Source of the DNA: Candidatus Omnitrophota bacterium
Lineage (GTDB): Bacteria > Omnitrophota > Gorgyraeia > Pluralincolimonadales > Pluralincolimonadaceae
Assembly (NCBI GenBank): GCA_003141835.1
Contig: PLNR01000007.1
Location: forward strand, 3,639-67,638
Length of the DNA stretch: 64,000 nt
Direction of reading: 5' to 3'
In this document: piece by piece, positions 45,023 through 54,792 of the stretch
Position numbering within the stretch: the first letter of the stretch is position 1
How the letters are laid out: each line of letters opens with the position of its first letter
Notes under the pieces: generated by a model
The model's input: only the letters and a program-made list of their open reading frames with translations
Database searches by the model: none
Told to the model about the DNA's origin: nothing
Made by a program: the position numbers and the translations under genes

Positions 45023-48000
45023 ATGAAAACGGAGGGCGCAGTGAAAAAGATTAACGCATTAATATTTACCGGATTTTTTATATTTATTGCGGCCACTTTA
45101 AACTCGACGACAGTTTTTGCGGCTCCTAAAATTTGGACTGGCAACAATTCATCTGCGTGGTCGGATCCTTTAAACTGGGGTGGCTCAGCCCCCGGCTCCG
45201 GCGATTCATTAACTTTCACGGGAACAAATACGACAAACTCGAATGATTTTACCGGTTATTCTTTTAGCGGCATTACTTTGAGTAGCGCTACCAATTCCTT
45301 TAATCTTGGCGGCAATCCCATAACTCTTACCGGAGATATCGTTGATACCGCCCCTTCGGCTCAAGGTGTTAATTTAAATATTACGCTGGGTAGCCCCGTT
45401 ACCTTCCGAACCACTGTCGGGACATTATTTATAAATACCGGATATACCGTAGATAATAACGGGAAACTGCTTACGGTCGATGCCGGCTATTGGGTTATTT
45501 TTGACTCTAACCTGATCGGAAGCGGCGGATTGACCAAGACCGGTAGTAGTACACTTGCATTAAGGGGGACTAACACCTACAGTGGCGCAACAAGGGTTAG
45601 TGCAGGGCTCTTGGAACTGGACAACGGCTTTGCCATTGGAGATAATTCGGCTGTCACACTGGATAATACAGCAGGGGTCTCGCTAAAACTTAACAATGCC
45701 AACGAGGCCATCGGCTCTCTTGCAGGGGGCGGCACCACCGGAGGCAATGTTGACCTGCAGACATTTACCCTATCAACCGGCGGCGATAACACTTCCACGG
45801 CATATGCCGGAGTAATGAGCGGGACCGGCGGCCTGACCAAAACCGGCAATGGCACCCTTACCCTCACCGGCATCAACACCTACACAGGACTCACAACGGT
45901 AACTGCCGGAGAGTTGGATTTGAACACAGTCGGTACCTCGATTGCCGGTAACCTCACGGTAAGCGGGGGAACCGCGAAGCTCCTCGCGGCAAGCCAAATC
46001 GCGGCTACCAAGAACCTGGTCGTTTCTGGCGGCACGTTCAATATTCAAGGTTTCAATCAAACGCTGGCAGGCGTGCAGATGACAAGCGGCAGCATCAGCG
46101 GATCGGGTGGTATCCTCACAAACAACACGACCGCCTACGATATGCAGTCAGGTGCAGTTTCCGCCATTCTTGCCGGCACGGCTGCTCTGAATAAGACTAC
46201 GGCCGGGACAGTGACCCTCTCAGGCGCCAACACCTACTCAGGCGCGACCACACTGACGGACGGCACACTGAGCGTCGGCGCGGCCGGGAACCTCGGCGCG
46301 GCGGCTTCTAACCTCGTGTTCGATGGCGGTACGCTGCAGATCACCGGTACGGCTTTAACCAGTATCTCGGGCATCGGACACACCGTCATTACCAATGCGG
46401 ACAAGACCGTCGGCCTGGATATCGACAATGCGGCCAACACATTCACATTTGATCGAGTCCTGAACCAGGCGACCGGAGGCCTGGTTAAATCGGGCGCGGG
46501 TACCTTAGTCCTCAATCAAGCCAACACCTACACAGGCGGGACGACTCTTAATGCGGGCAAACTGACCCTTGGCAACAATGAAGCTCTCGGTACGGGAAGA
46601 TTCACCATAAACGGCGGCACGCTCGACGTCACCGGCGTCACCTATCTGAATAATAATAACCCCCAGACCTGGGGCGGCGACTTTACCTTCGCCGGTTCCA
46701 ACATCCTGAATCTCGGCAATGGCGCGGTTACGATGGCAGCTGACCGGAAGATTACGGTCGACGGAAGCTGGATGGTTGTTGCCGGCAAGATCAGCGGCGC
46801 AGGAAAATTGACCAAGGACGGTGCAGGTATGCTTTATTTAACCGGCGCGAACGATTACTCAGGCGGAACGACTCTTAATGCGGGCGCACTGAGACTCGGC
46901 AACAATACTGCTCTCGGTACGGGGATATTCACCATAAACGGCGGCACGCTCGACTCCAACGGCATCACTCTGACTAATAACAATCTTCAAACCTGGGGCG
47001 GAGACTTTGGCTTTACCGGTACCAACGACCTAAATCTCGGCACTGGCGCGGTTACGCTTACCGCTACTCCTACGGTTACAGTGGATGCCAACACGCTGAC
47101 CGAAGGCGGTGCCATTGGCGGGGCGTTTGGCTTGACGAAAGACGGCGCAGGAACCCTTATTTTGACAGGCAACAACGGCTACACAGGCGTGACCGGGATT
47201 GCCAACGGAGTGCTTAACATCCAAAACGCCGGCGCGTTGGGAACCGTCGGTAATGGTACAAATGTCGGCATTGGCGGGGCACTCCAGATCCAGGGCGGTA
47301 TTACTACCCTGGCCGAACCCTTACACATCGCCGGCACAGGTATTTTACTGGATGGAGCATTGCGTAATATCCAAGACAATAACGAATACACCGGAGCTAT
47401 AACGCTCGACGTTAACTCGCGGATCAATTCCGATGCCGGCACATTGACGCTCAGCGGAGGCATAACAGGCGGGGGCAACGCTCTTACGGTAGGCGGCGCA
47501 GGTAACACGACCATCAACAGCGTCATTGGGGGCGCAGCTAGCGCACTAACCAAAGACGGCGCGGGCATCCTTATGCTTTCCGGAGCGAACACCTATACCG
47601 GACTTACTACGATAGGTGGCGGCACTCTTCAGGTCTCCAATGCTAACGCTGTCGGTACCGGAGCCCTTACCAACAACGCCACCTTGAGCGTGGGCACAAC
47701 GGCTCTGTCTGTTCCCGGCATATATACCCAGAACGCCGGTTCAGCTTTAACACTTACCGCCAATTCCACGTCCAACTTCGGTAATATTATCTCTCCCGCT
47801 AATGCCGTAGTGGATGCAGGAAGCACTGTTGCTGTCAACGTCGGCGGTTATATGCCCAATAACGCGACCCTTAAGGTGATCGCCGGCGGAGGAGGAGCCG
47901 GAGTAGCCGTCCCGACGACGATTACATCCAGCAATCCTAAATATACGTTTACGGGTTTGAGCTCAAACGGTAACCTCATTCTTACCGTAAACCGTTCAGC

Positions 48001-49141
48001 AAACGGCTTCGAACCTGATGGCCGTGATCCTAACGGCAAGAAGGTAGGCAAGGTCTTAGACGATGTCGTTGATCCCACTCCCGATATGAGAGGCATCCTG
48101 GATACCATGGACGCGATGAGCAATACCAACGTAGGCCAGGCGCTTTCAACCCTTAGCCCGGTCGTCGACAGCGGGGTTACTAATGTAAGTAACACCGCCA
48201 TAGTGCAGTTTGTCGGCGCTTCAGAGGACAGGCTGGTCAACCTCTATGCCCAGGCGCATAATGAGGAGACCGGCGTCTCTACCGGAAGCAAGGAAAAAAG
48301 CGGCTTCGAGGCATGGGGCAGGGGATTCGGCCAGGCCGCCCACCAGGATGCCAGGGGTAACAGTAACGGCTACTCCGCCACCATCTGGGGCACGGCCTTA
48401 GGCGGCGATATCCCCGCATTCCACGAGAAGGTTCGCTTCGGCGCAAGCGGCGGCTACGCCTCATCCAACGTAAACTCCAAAGACAACAGCGGAAAAACCT
48501 ACATCAACAGCTACCAGTCAACCCTCTACGGCGGCTACATTGACCCGGCGAAGCCCTACTACATAAACGGCGCCTTCGCCTTCGCATATAACACATACAA
48601 GTCAAAAAGGGATATCGTAATAGGCAATACTATCCAAAGAAGAGCCAACTCAAGCTATAGAGGCCAGCAGTACTCTGTTCTTTTAGACGGCGGCTACACA
48701 TTTAAGACCAAGAATGTAAATATAACACCCATAGCTTCACTCCAATACCTCCACCTGCACCTCCAGAGCTATACCGAAACCGGAGCAGATGCCCTCAACT
48801 TAACCGTCAAGAGCCAGGACTATGACATGCTCCAGTCAGCCCTTGGCGCAAAACTAGACCATCCCTTTGAGTTAAGCTACGGCACATTAACCCCGGAGGT
48901 CCACGCAAGGTGGCTCTACGACTTCATAAACGATAACCAGGATACGACATCTACCTTCGCAGGCGGCGGCGGCTCATTCGCCACCCAGGGCTTTACTCCC
49001 GCGCGTAACGCCTTAAACGTCGGCGGACGCCTTGCCTTGGCCACGAAAGGCAACTGGAGCGTCGATGCCAACTACGACTTCGAATACAAGCAGGACTACA
49101 CCTCACATACGGGTTGGGCTGATATTAGATATAAGTTCTAA
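45023..49141 (+). CDS. type Va autotransporter (PATR-repeat passenger), paralog of 24172-27684
   Basis: Signal peptide (the alternative GTG at 45041 sits 5 nt after GGAGGG). Passenger with NTYTGGTT.NAG.L-type PATR repeats. C-terminal beta-domain ending ...GWADIRYKF. Confidence 0.8.
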   Translation: MKTEGAVKKINALIFTGFFIFIAATLNSTTVFAAPKIWTGNNSSAWSDPLNWGGSAPGSGDSLTFTGTNTTNSNDFTGYSFSGITLSSATNSFNLGGNPITLTGDIVDTAPSAQGVNLNITLGSPVTFRTTVGTLFINTGYTVDNNGKLLTVDAGYWVIFDSNLIGSGGLTKTGSSTLALRGTNTYSGATRVSAGLLELDNGFAIGDNSAVTLDNTAGVSLKLNNANEAIGSLAGGGTTGGNVDLQTFTLSTGGDNTSTAYAGVMSGTGGLTKTGNGTLTLTGINTYTGLTTVTAGELDLNTVGTSIAGNLTVSGGTAKLLAASQIAATKNLVVSGGTFNIQGFNQTLAGVQMTSGSISGSGGILTNNTTAYDMQSGAVSAILAGTAALNKTTAGTVTLSGANTYSGATTLTDGTLSVGAAGNLGAAASNLVFDGGTLQITGTALTSISGIGHTVITNADKTVGLDIDNAANTFTFDRVLNQATGGLVKSGAGTLVLNQANTYTGGTTLNAGKLTLGNNEALGTGRFTINGGTLDVTGVTYLNNNNPQTWGGDFTFAGSNILNLGNGAVTMAADRKITVDGSWMVVAGKISGAGKLTKDGAGMLYLTGANDYSGGTTLNAGALRLGNNTALGTGIFTINGGTLDSNGITLTNNNLQTWGGDFGFTGTNDLNLGTGAVTLTATPTVTVDANTLTEGGAIGGAFGLTKDGAGTLILTGNNGYTGVTGIANGVLNIQNAGALGTVGNGTNVGIGGALQIQGGITTLAEPLHIAGTGILLDGALRNIQDNNEYTGAITLDVNSRINSDAGTLTLSGGITGGGNALTVGGAGNTTINSVIGGAASALTKDGAGILMLSGANTYTGLTTIGGGTLQVSNANAVGTGALTNNATLSVGTTALSVPGIYTQNAGSALTLTANSTSNFGNIISPANAVVDAGSTVAVNVGGYMPNNATLKVIAGGGGAGVAVPTTITSSNPKYTFTGLSSNGNLILTVNRSANGFEPDGRDPNGKKVGKVLDDVVDPTPDMRGILDTMDAMSNTNVGQALSTLSPVVDSGVTNVSNTAIVQFVGASEDRLVNLYAQAHNEETGVSTGSKEKSGFEAWGRGFGQAAHQDARGNSNGYSATIWGTALGGDIPAFHEKVRFGASGGYASSNVNSKDNSGKTYINSYQSTLYGGYIDPAKPYYINGAFAFAYNTYKSKRDIVIGNTIQRRANSSYRGQQYSVLLDGGYTFKTKNVNITPIASLQYLHLHLQSYTETGADALNLTVKSQDYDMLQSALGAKLDHPFELSYGTLTPEVHARWLYDFINDNQDTTSTFAGGGGSFATQGFTPARNALNVGGRLALATKGNWSVDANYDFEYKQDYTSHTGWADIRYKF
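47730..49141 (+). repeat. autochaperone + beta-barrel-encoding segment; dispersed paralogous copy of 26270-27684
   Basis: See 26270-27684. Confidence 0.6.
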
Positions 49142-49292
49142 CCCTAAAAATTTACCTATAAAAAGCAATTTAATTTCCTTGATAAAGCCTGCCTACATGG
49201 TAGAATCACTTCTATAGGTTAAGATATAACTCGGAGTGACATATGTTATTCTTTTTTTCCTCAGGAGTGCCCTTGTGGGCAAAATCACCGAA

Positions 49293-49967
49293 ATGAAAAA
49301 AGCATTCTTCCTAGGATTAGTTGTCGGGTTAATTTTCTTCTTAACATCTCCGGCGTACGCCGCCAATTTGTTGGCCAATCCCGATTTTGAGATGTGGGGG
49401 CCATGGGGTCCTGGCGGTGCCGAGGTTCCCGCAGATTGGTGGAGTATGTTCAATGACCCAAGCGTGATCGGAGCAAAGGAATCCGCTATAAAATGGAGCG
49501 GATCTTATTCCGCAAAGGCAGAGTTTGCGGGTACTGCCGCCGGATGGGGCGGATGGGGCCAGAGGATACCTTTTACGGCCGGAAACACATTGTACGTCCG
49601 CCAGCCTATGAATATGCCGGCGGCTTTGGGAGGCAACCATTCGCTGGCGACCCTGGAAATAGCGTTTGAAAGCGCGCCTGACGTTACCATAGGCTCTCCG
49701 GTTAAGGGATCGGTATCTGAGGCATACGGAAGCGAGTGGGGCGCCTGGCGGTGGGAGGCAGTTGCGCCGGCAGGCACGACTTCTATCAGGTATGCCGTCC
49801 TTTTGGAGACATGGGGGAGCGGCAGCGGCACTGCATATTTTGACGATTGTTATGCCGGTGATACTCCATGGGTGCCAATTCCGGAACCGGCGAGCATGTT
49901 ATTGTTAAGCTCCGGCTTACTCGGGCTGTTTGGTATCGCAAGAAGGAAGGATAATAGCAATAAATAG
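49293..49967 (+). CDS. PEP-CTERM sorting-domain secreted protein
   Basis: Start at the internal ATG 49293 with a signal peptide. C-terminus VPIPEPASMLLLSSGLLGLFGIARRK matches PEP motif + TM + basic tail. Confidence 0.75.
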   Translation: MKKAFFLGLVVGLIFFLTSPAYAANLLANPDFEMWGPWGPGGAEVPADWWSMFNDPSVIGAKESAIKWSGSYSAKAEFAGTAAGWGGWGQRIPFTAGNTLYVRQPMNMPAALGGNHSLATLEIAFESAPDVTIGSPVKGSVSEAYGSEWGAWRWEAVAPAGTTSIRYAVLLETWGSGSGTAYFDDCYAGDTPWVPIPEPASMLLLSSGLLGLFGIARRKDNSNK

Positions 49968-50084
49968 GCCCGTCTATTTTCAGTATCCTCGCCATTTCTC
50001 TTCTTCTTCCTTTACTTCTTATCTTTCACAGAGTTATAATGGCCCCAAGACATCGCGATCTTTATTATTTAAAGGAGAATATCG

Positions 50085-51377
50085 ATGACTGAATTTACGT
50101 TGGCGGCGCCCGCCGCACTCTTCGGAAAAGGTTTTGATTGCAGGATCAGGGGGTTTATTGGCAGGATAACCAGAAGGTTATCTTTGCATATCTCGAAGGC
50201 CATTTCATCGAACAATTTCCGGCTTTCTGTCATTGCGACGATGTTCCTGTCCCTTATTTTGGCAAGGGTAGCGGTACACTCTTTCGGCGTATCCCTGGGC
50301 TATCTCTATTTGGTCGTGATATCACTTGCTGGCATCTGGTTCGGAATTATGGGAGGGCTGCTTGCGGCGGCGGCCTCTGTCCTGATATTCTCCGCAGAGA
50401 TAATCGTTTTAAGGGACTGGCCTTTTAGGGACCTTGTCCTGAATGGGGCGCCTTTCAGGCTGCTAGCTTTTTCCCTCGGAGGGATCATAGTAGGTTATAT
50501 TTCTGAAGCGGAGAGAAGGCTGAAAGAAAGATTAAGGGAATTAGCCTACAAGGATGAACTTACCGGTTGTGTAAATTACAGATGGGCAATGCAAATACTC
50601 GAGAACGAGATTGAACGCAGCGAACGTTATCAAAAGGAGACAGCAGTAATAATAATCGACATTGACCACTTTAAGGATATCAATGACGCATACGGCCATC
50701 TGGCCGGAAACGACGTCTTGAAGACTTTTGTTGATGTGCTCAAAAACAACATAAGGACTATCGATACCGTAGGCAGGTATGGAGGCGAGGAGTTCATTAT
50801 AATCTTCCCCGAAAAGAATTCCGAAGAGGCGCTCGTGGCCGTGGACAGGATCAGGGAACGGCTCTCCGAGCTTCATATGGCGGGCAGGCACTTCAAGCAT
50901 GGCTTGGATATCCGGTTGACGTTCAGCGCCGGCGTCGTATCTTTCCCCTTAAACGGCAAGGACCTCGATGTCTTAATAGATACAGCCGATAAAGCGCTTT
51001 ACAGGGCTAAGAATGACGGCCGCAACCGGACGACTATCGAAAAAAGGAAATGGGCGAGATTCGATCCGGGCCGTAATATTAAGATCAATATCCTCGAACC
51101 ATCGGGCAAAGATTGCCTGCAACCGCTAAAAATAAAAGATGTTTCTCAAAAAGGTATGCTGCTTGTCTTTCCAAAGGATATTTCCTCGGGGGAATTACTG
51201 CTGAGGATCCATTTTCCCGAAGAAAAGTTCGTTTCGGAGTTCAGGGGCAAAGTTATCCATAAGAGGAATGAAAAAGGGCTTTGTTACGCCGGCATTTATT
51301 TTGTTGATATACCGGTAGACATAGAAAAGAAGATAATGAATGTGATCGTGAGCGAAAACCAAAACATTCCCAGCTAA
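50085..51377 (+). CDS. membrane-anchored diguanylate cyclase (GGDEF) fused to C-terminal PilZ domain
   Basis: AAAGGAG RBS. About 4 TM helices. GGDEF domain with an intact RYGGEEF motif. C-terminal RxxxR ... D.S.KG PilZ-like motifs. Confidence 0.75.
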   Translation: MTEFTLAAPAALFGKGFDCRIRGFIGRITRRLSLHISKAISSNNFRLSVIATMFLSLILARVAVHSFGVSLGYLYLVVISLAGIWFGIMGGLLAAAASVLIFSAEIIVLRDWPFRDLVLNGAPFRLLAFSLGGIIVGYISEAERRLKERLRELAYKDELTGCVNYRWAMQILENEIERSERYQKETAVIIIDIDHFKDINDAYGHLAGNDVLKTFVDVLKNNIRTIDTVGRYGGEEFIIIFPEKNSEEALVAVDRIRERLSELHMAGRHFKHGLDIRLTFSAGVVSFPLNGKDLDVLIDTADKALYRAKNDGRNRTTIEKRKWARFDPGRNIKINILEPSGKDCLQPLKIKDVSQKGMLLVFPKDISSGELLLRIHFPEEKFVSEFRGKVIHKRNEKGLCYAGIYFVDIPVDIEKKIMNVIVSENQNIPS

Positions 51378-51461
51378 ATGGACAGTAAAACGGGCTTGAC
51401 AGGAATAAAAGCGCATGATGTAGTTCTATCACTATGAAACTATCAGATGCTAAAACCTGAT

Positions 51462-51500
51462 ATGCTGGGGGGATATGCGCATATTCCCCCAGCATTTTTG
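51462..51500 (+). terminator. 35-nt perfect palindrome (17-bp stem) + T-tract: strong intrinsic terminator
   Basis: ATGCTGGGGGGATATGCGCATATCCCCCCAGCAT followed by TTTT. It lies 85 nt after the GGDEF stop. Confidence 0.7.
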
Positions 51501-51504
51501 TTGT

Positions 51505-51513
51505 GGTATAATT
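51505..51513 (+). promoter_or_regulatory. extended -10 element TGGTATAAT upstream of ACR3 gene
   Basis: TGnTATAAT sits 33 nt before the ATG. It shares GTATAATTAA with elements at 39615 and 42325. Confidence 0.3.
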
Positions 51514-51545
51514 AACACAAAGGCCAACGAGAAAGAAAAGCTATC

Positions 51546-52586
51546 ATGCCTGAGAGTATCACTAAAAAGCTGTCATTTTTGGACAGGTTCTTGACCCTGT
51601 GGATCTTTATGGCCATGGCCATAGGCGTACTGTCCGGATATTTCTTTTCGGGTATTGTGGGATTTTGGAATAGGTTCCAGGTAGGGACGACCAATATACC
51701 GATCGCTATCGGCCTTATTCTTATGATGTATCCGCCCTTGGCAAAGGTTAAATATGAAGAAATGGGCGGGGTTTTTAAGGACGTCAAAGTGCTAATCCTG
51801 TCGCTCGTCCAGAACTGGATCATCGGCCCTGTTTTTATGTTTTTATTGGCGGTGATATTTTTAAGGAATTATCCGGAATATATGGTCGGGCTGATCATGA
51901 TCGGGCTTGCCAGGTGCATCGCGATGGTCATCGTCTGGAACGAGTTAGCCAAAGGCGATACCGAATATTGCGCGGGCCTCGTGGCTTTTAATTCACTGTT
52001 CCAGGTCATATTTTTTTCGGCATATGCGTGGTTTTTTATCACAGTGCTGCCTCCGTATTTCGGGATAAAGGGGACTCAAGTTAATATAAGCATTTCCCAG
52101 ATCGCGAACAGCGTCTTTATTTATCTCGGCATCCCGTTCCTGGCGGGCATTATTACGAGGATCACATTGCTGAGGTTAAAAAGCAGGAAATGGTATGAAG
52201 AAAAATTCATACCTAAGATCAGTCCCATTACCCTTGCATCCCTGTTGTTCACTATCATCGTTATGTTTTCGCTCAAGGGCGAATATATAGTTAAAATTCC
52301 CATGGATGTCCTGCGGATCGCCGTGCCGCTCTTGATCTATTTCGTGCTGATGTTTTTTATATCTTTCTATATGGGTATGAGGATCAACGCGGGATATGCG
52401 AAAACCGCGACTTTGTCATTTACCGCGGCCAGCAACAATTTCGAGCTGGCGATCGCGGTAGCAGTGGCTGTTTTCGGGATAAATTCAGGAGTTGCTTTTG
52501 CTGCGGTCATCGGGCCGTTAGTAGAGGTGCCGGCGCTTATAATCCTAGTCAACGTCGCATTGCGGTTAAAAAAGGGGATAAGATGA
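51546..52586 (+). CDS. arsB: ACR3-family arsenite efflux transporter
   Basis: 346-aa, 10-TM ORF with Acr3 signatures ([21 protein letters not shown]). Confidence 0.85.
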   Translation: MPESITKKLSFLDRFLTLWIFMAMAIGVLSGYFFSGIVGFWNRFQVGTTNIPIAIGLILMMYPPLAKVKYEEMGGVFKDVKVLILSLVQNWIIGPVFMFLLAVIFLRNYPEYMVGLIMIGLARCIAMVIVWNELAKGDTEYCAGLVAFNSLFQVIFFSAYAWFFITVLPPYFGIKGTQVNISISQIANSVFIYLGIPFLAGIITRITLLRLKSRKWYEEKFIPKISPITLASLLFTIIVMFSLKGEYIVKIPMDVLRIAVPLLIYFVLMFFISFYMGMRINAGYAKTATLSFTAASNNFELAIAVAVAVFGINSGVAFAAVIGPLVEVPALIILVNVALRLKKGIR

Positions 52587-54607
52587 AAAGGCCAATGGTT
52601 ATTGCCAGTGTTTTAGTTTTGGTTTTAGCGTGCGGGATAATTTACAAAATAACCACAGCCGGGCTCCCCATCGATAATGTACTTCCGGGCGGAGCAATGG
52701 GGTATATCCGTATTTCGGACGTGGAAAAGCAGGTAAATGACTTCAAGGCCACGCGGCTTTGGAAGAACGTCAAAAAGATCAACATAGAATTGTTGATGGA
52801 AAAAAGCGGCGCGAGCAAGAAGGATATAGAAGGATACCAGGACACGAAGAAATGGTTTTCAAGCGCCTTCGGCGGCTCGGTGATGAGGGAATTGTTCGGG
52901 AAGGAGATGGCGTTCGCGGTATATCCCGGCAATATCAAGGAAGCGACCCCCGCAGCTATAGATGAAACCGTGTCGAATTTATTCCTGGTGACGAGGGTCA
53001 AGCCCGGGGCCGATTTCATCGAATTCGCATCAAAGATCATAAACAAGGCCGGTCAAAAAGCCGACGTATCCGAGGAGACCTATAAGGGGAGGAAGATCAC
53101 GATCATCAAGATCGGCGGCGATGTCAATATCGCCTATACCAAGATAAAGGACTTGCTGGTGGTCGGCTTAGGCAAGAAGGCCGCTTCTTCCTGTATTGAT
53201 GTCATTAACAGGGATAAACCTTCTCTTTCCAGGGACAAAGACTACGTCACTACCATGTCAAAGTTCCCGAAAAACGCAAGCACCGTTGCCTTTATAAATG
53301 TCGAATCATTTATCCCTGCCTTCAAGCAGCCTGTTGCGGCAAACCAGCAGATGAGCAAGACGTTCGACAAGCTCCTCAGTTTGTACCCGGGATTCAAGAC
53401 GATGGGTTATGCCTATTTCGCCAAGACCAATGAATTAAAGACGGTATTCTTTTATGATAAAGAGAAGATGATCCCGCTTTATGCGAAATTATATTCTTTT
53501 GCGCCCCGGAAGAACGAGACCATCAAGTTCGCGCCTGAAAATGTCATCAGCTATCAATGGGGGACTTTCGACTTTAAGTCGTACTGGGGATACCTCAGGT
53601 CCGAAATGGAGCAGCCTTCCGCCCGGGCCGGCCAAACCGGTAACGTGTCCCCGATAAAAGGCCTCGTCTCCGGATTGGAAAGCAAGATCGGGATGAGTAT
53701 TGATAATGAACTGATCCCGGCGCTGGGTGATGAATCCGCTTTTATCCTTACGGACATCAACGTAGAAGGCCTGTTCCCCATGCCGGAATTTGTCGTTTGT
53801 TTAAAAGTGAAAGATAAGGCGACTATCGACAAGGCGCTAAACTCCTTGTTGAAAGGCGGAGATATATCATTCCAGCCGGAAGGATATAAAGGCATCGACC
53901 TGAAATATATCGCTTTACCGTTCGGCGCGAACCTGCAGCCGTCATACTGCTATGCGGGGGATTATCTGCTTGTATCATTGGGGCGCAAATCCTTAAAACA
54001 GTCGATAGACTCTTCTAAAGGCGCCGCAAAGTCCCTCCTGGAGAACGAGGATTTCAAGGCCGTTAACCGCGACCTCACCGGCGAGTCCAACGCCGTATAT
54101 TTCCTTAAGGCTGATGTCTTGATGCAAAGAGCCAAAAGCGTGTGCGAATGGCTCTACGGGTGGATGGGGATCATGGATAAACAGGCCGAGAAATACAAGG
54201 AGATGGCGAAGATCAGGGCTGACGCCCTTGCGGCCGGTATAGCCAAGGATGAGACGGCTCTTGAAGAATCCAAAGCGGCCCTCCTGTTACTTGAAAATGA
54301 GATCGAAGGTCTTAAGGCGCAAGCGGCAGATACCGCTGCGAAGCAGGCCGAATCGGATAAGCTGAAAGACGATATCGCATTAAAGCAGGGGATGCTCGAT
54401 AAGGAGAAGAAGGACCTTGAACAGGCGAAGGCAATGGCCGGCCGAGAGCCTGCAAAAAAGACGGATCTTACGCTGGTAAAGCTTTATCTGGATAATCTGG
54501 TTTATCCCGTTTTGGACGGTTTCCAACCCCTGAAGGCCGTTGGATCAAAGGTTACCTTCGGAGATAATATGACGCATTCGGAGACATTTTTTAAGGTTGC
54601 GGAATGA
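52583..54607 (+). CDS. uncharacterised signal-anchored/exported 674-aa protein with coiled-coil C-terminal region
   Basis: N-terminal TM/signal anchor. No recognisable catalytic motif. A Q/K/E/A-rich coiled coil at residues ~520-610. ATGA overlap with the ACR3 stop. Confidence 0.5.
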   Translation: MKRPMVIASVLVLVLACGIIYKITTAGLPIDNVLPGGAMGYIRISDVEKQVNDFKATRLWKNVKKINIELLMEKSGASKKDIEGYQDTKKWFSSAFGGSVMRELFGKEMAFAVYPGNIKEATPAAIDETVSNLFLVTRVKPGADFIEFASKIINKAGQKADVSEETYKGRKITIIKIGGDVNIAYTKIKDLLVVGLGKKAASSCIDVINRDKPSLSRDKDYVTTMSKFPKNASTVAFINVESFIPAFKQPVAANQQMSKTFDKLLSLYPGFKTMGYAYFAKTNELKTVFFYDKEKMIPLYAKLYSFAPRKNETIKFAPENVISYQWGTFDFKSYWGYLRSEMEQPSARAGQTGNVSPIKGLVSGLESKIGMSIDNELIPALGDESAFILTDINVEGLFPMPEFVVCLKVKDKATIDKALNSLLKGGDISFQPEGYKGIDLKYIALPFGANLQPSYCYAGDYLLVSLGRKSLKQSIDSSKGAAKSLLENEDFKAVNRDLTGESNAVYFLKADVLMQRAKSVCEWLYGWMGIMDKQAEKYKEMAKIRADALAAGIAKDETALEESKAALLLLENEIEGLKAQAADTAAKQAESDKLKDDIALKQGMLDKEKKDLEQAKAMAGREPAKKTDLTLVKLYLDNLVYPVLDGFQPLKAVGSKVTFGDNMTHSETFFKVAE

Positions 54608-54667
54608 TGGATAAAATAAAATACTTAATTGATTTCCCGTCGGGAATAATGTAATATAGTGCCTCAC

Positions 54668-54757
54668 GGAGAGGTGTGAGAGCGGTTGAATCAGCACGCT
54701 TGGAAGGCGTGTAGGTCCGTAAGGGCCTCCAGGGTTCAAATCCCTGCCTCTCCGCCA
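54668..54757 (+). tRNA. tRNA-Ser (anticodon GGA), long variable arm
   Basis: Acceptor GGAGAGG/CCTCTCC, anticodon loop TTGGAAG, T-arm GTTCAAATC, 3' GCCA. Confidence 0.85.
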
Positions 54758-54792
54758 TTTATTTTATAGCATATCGCGAAAAGGGCTTCCCT

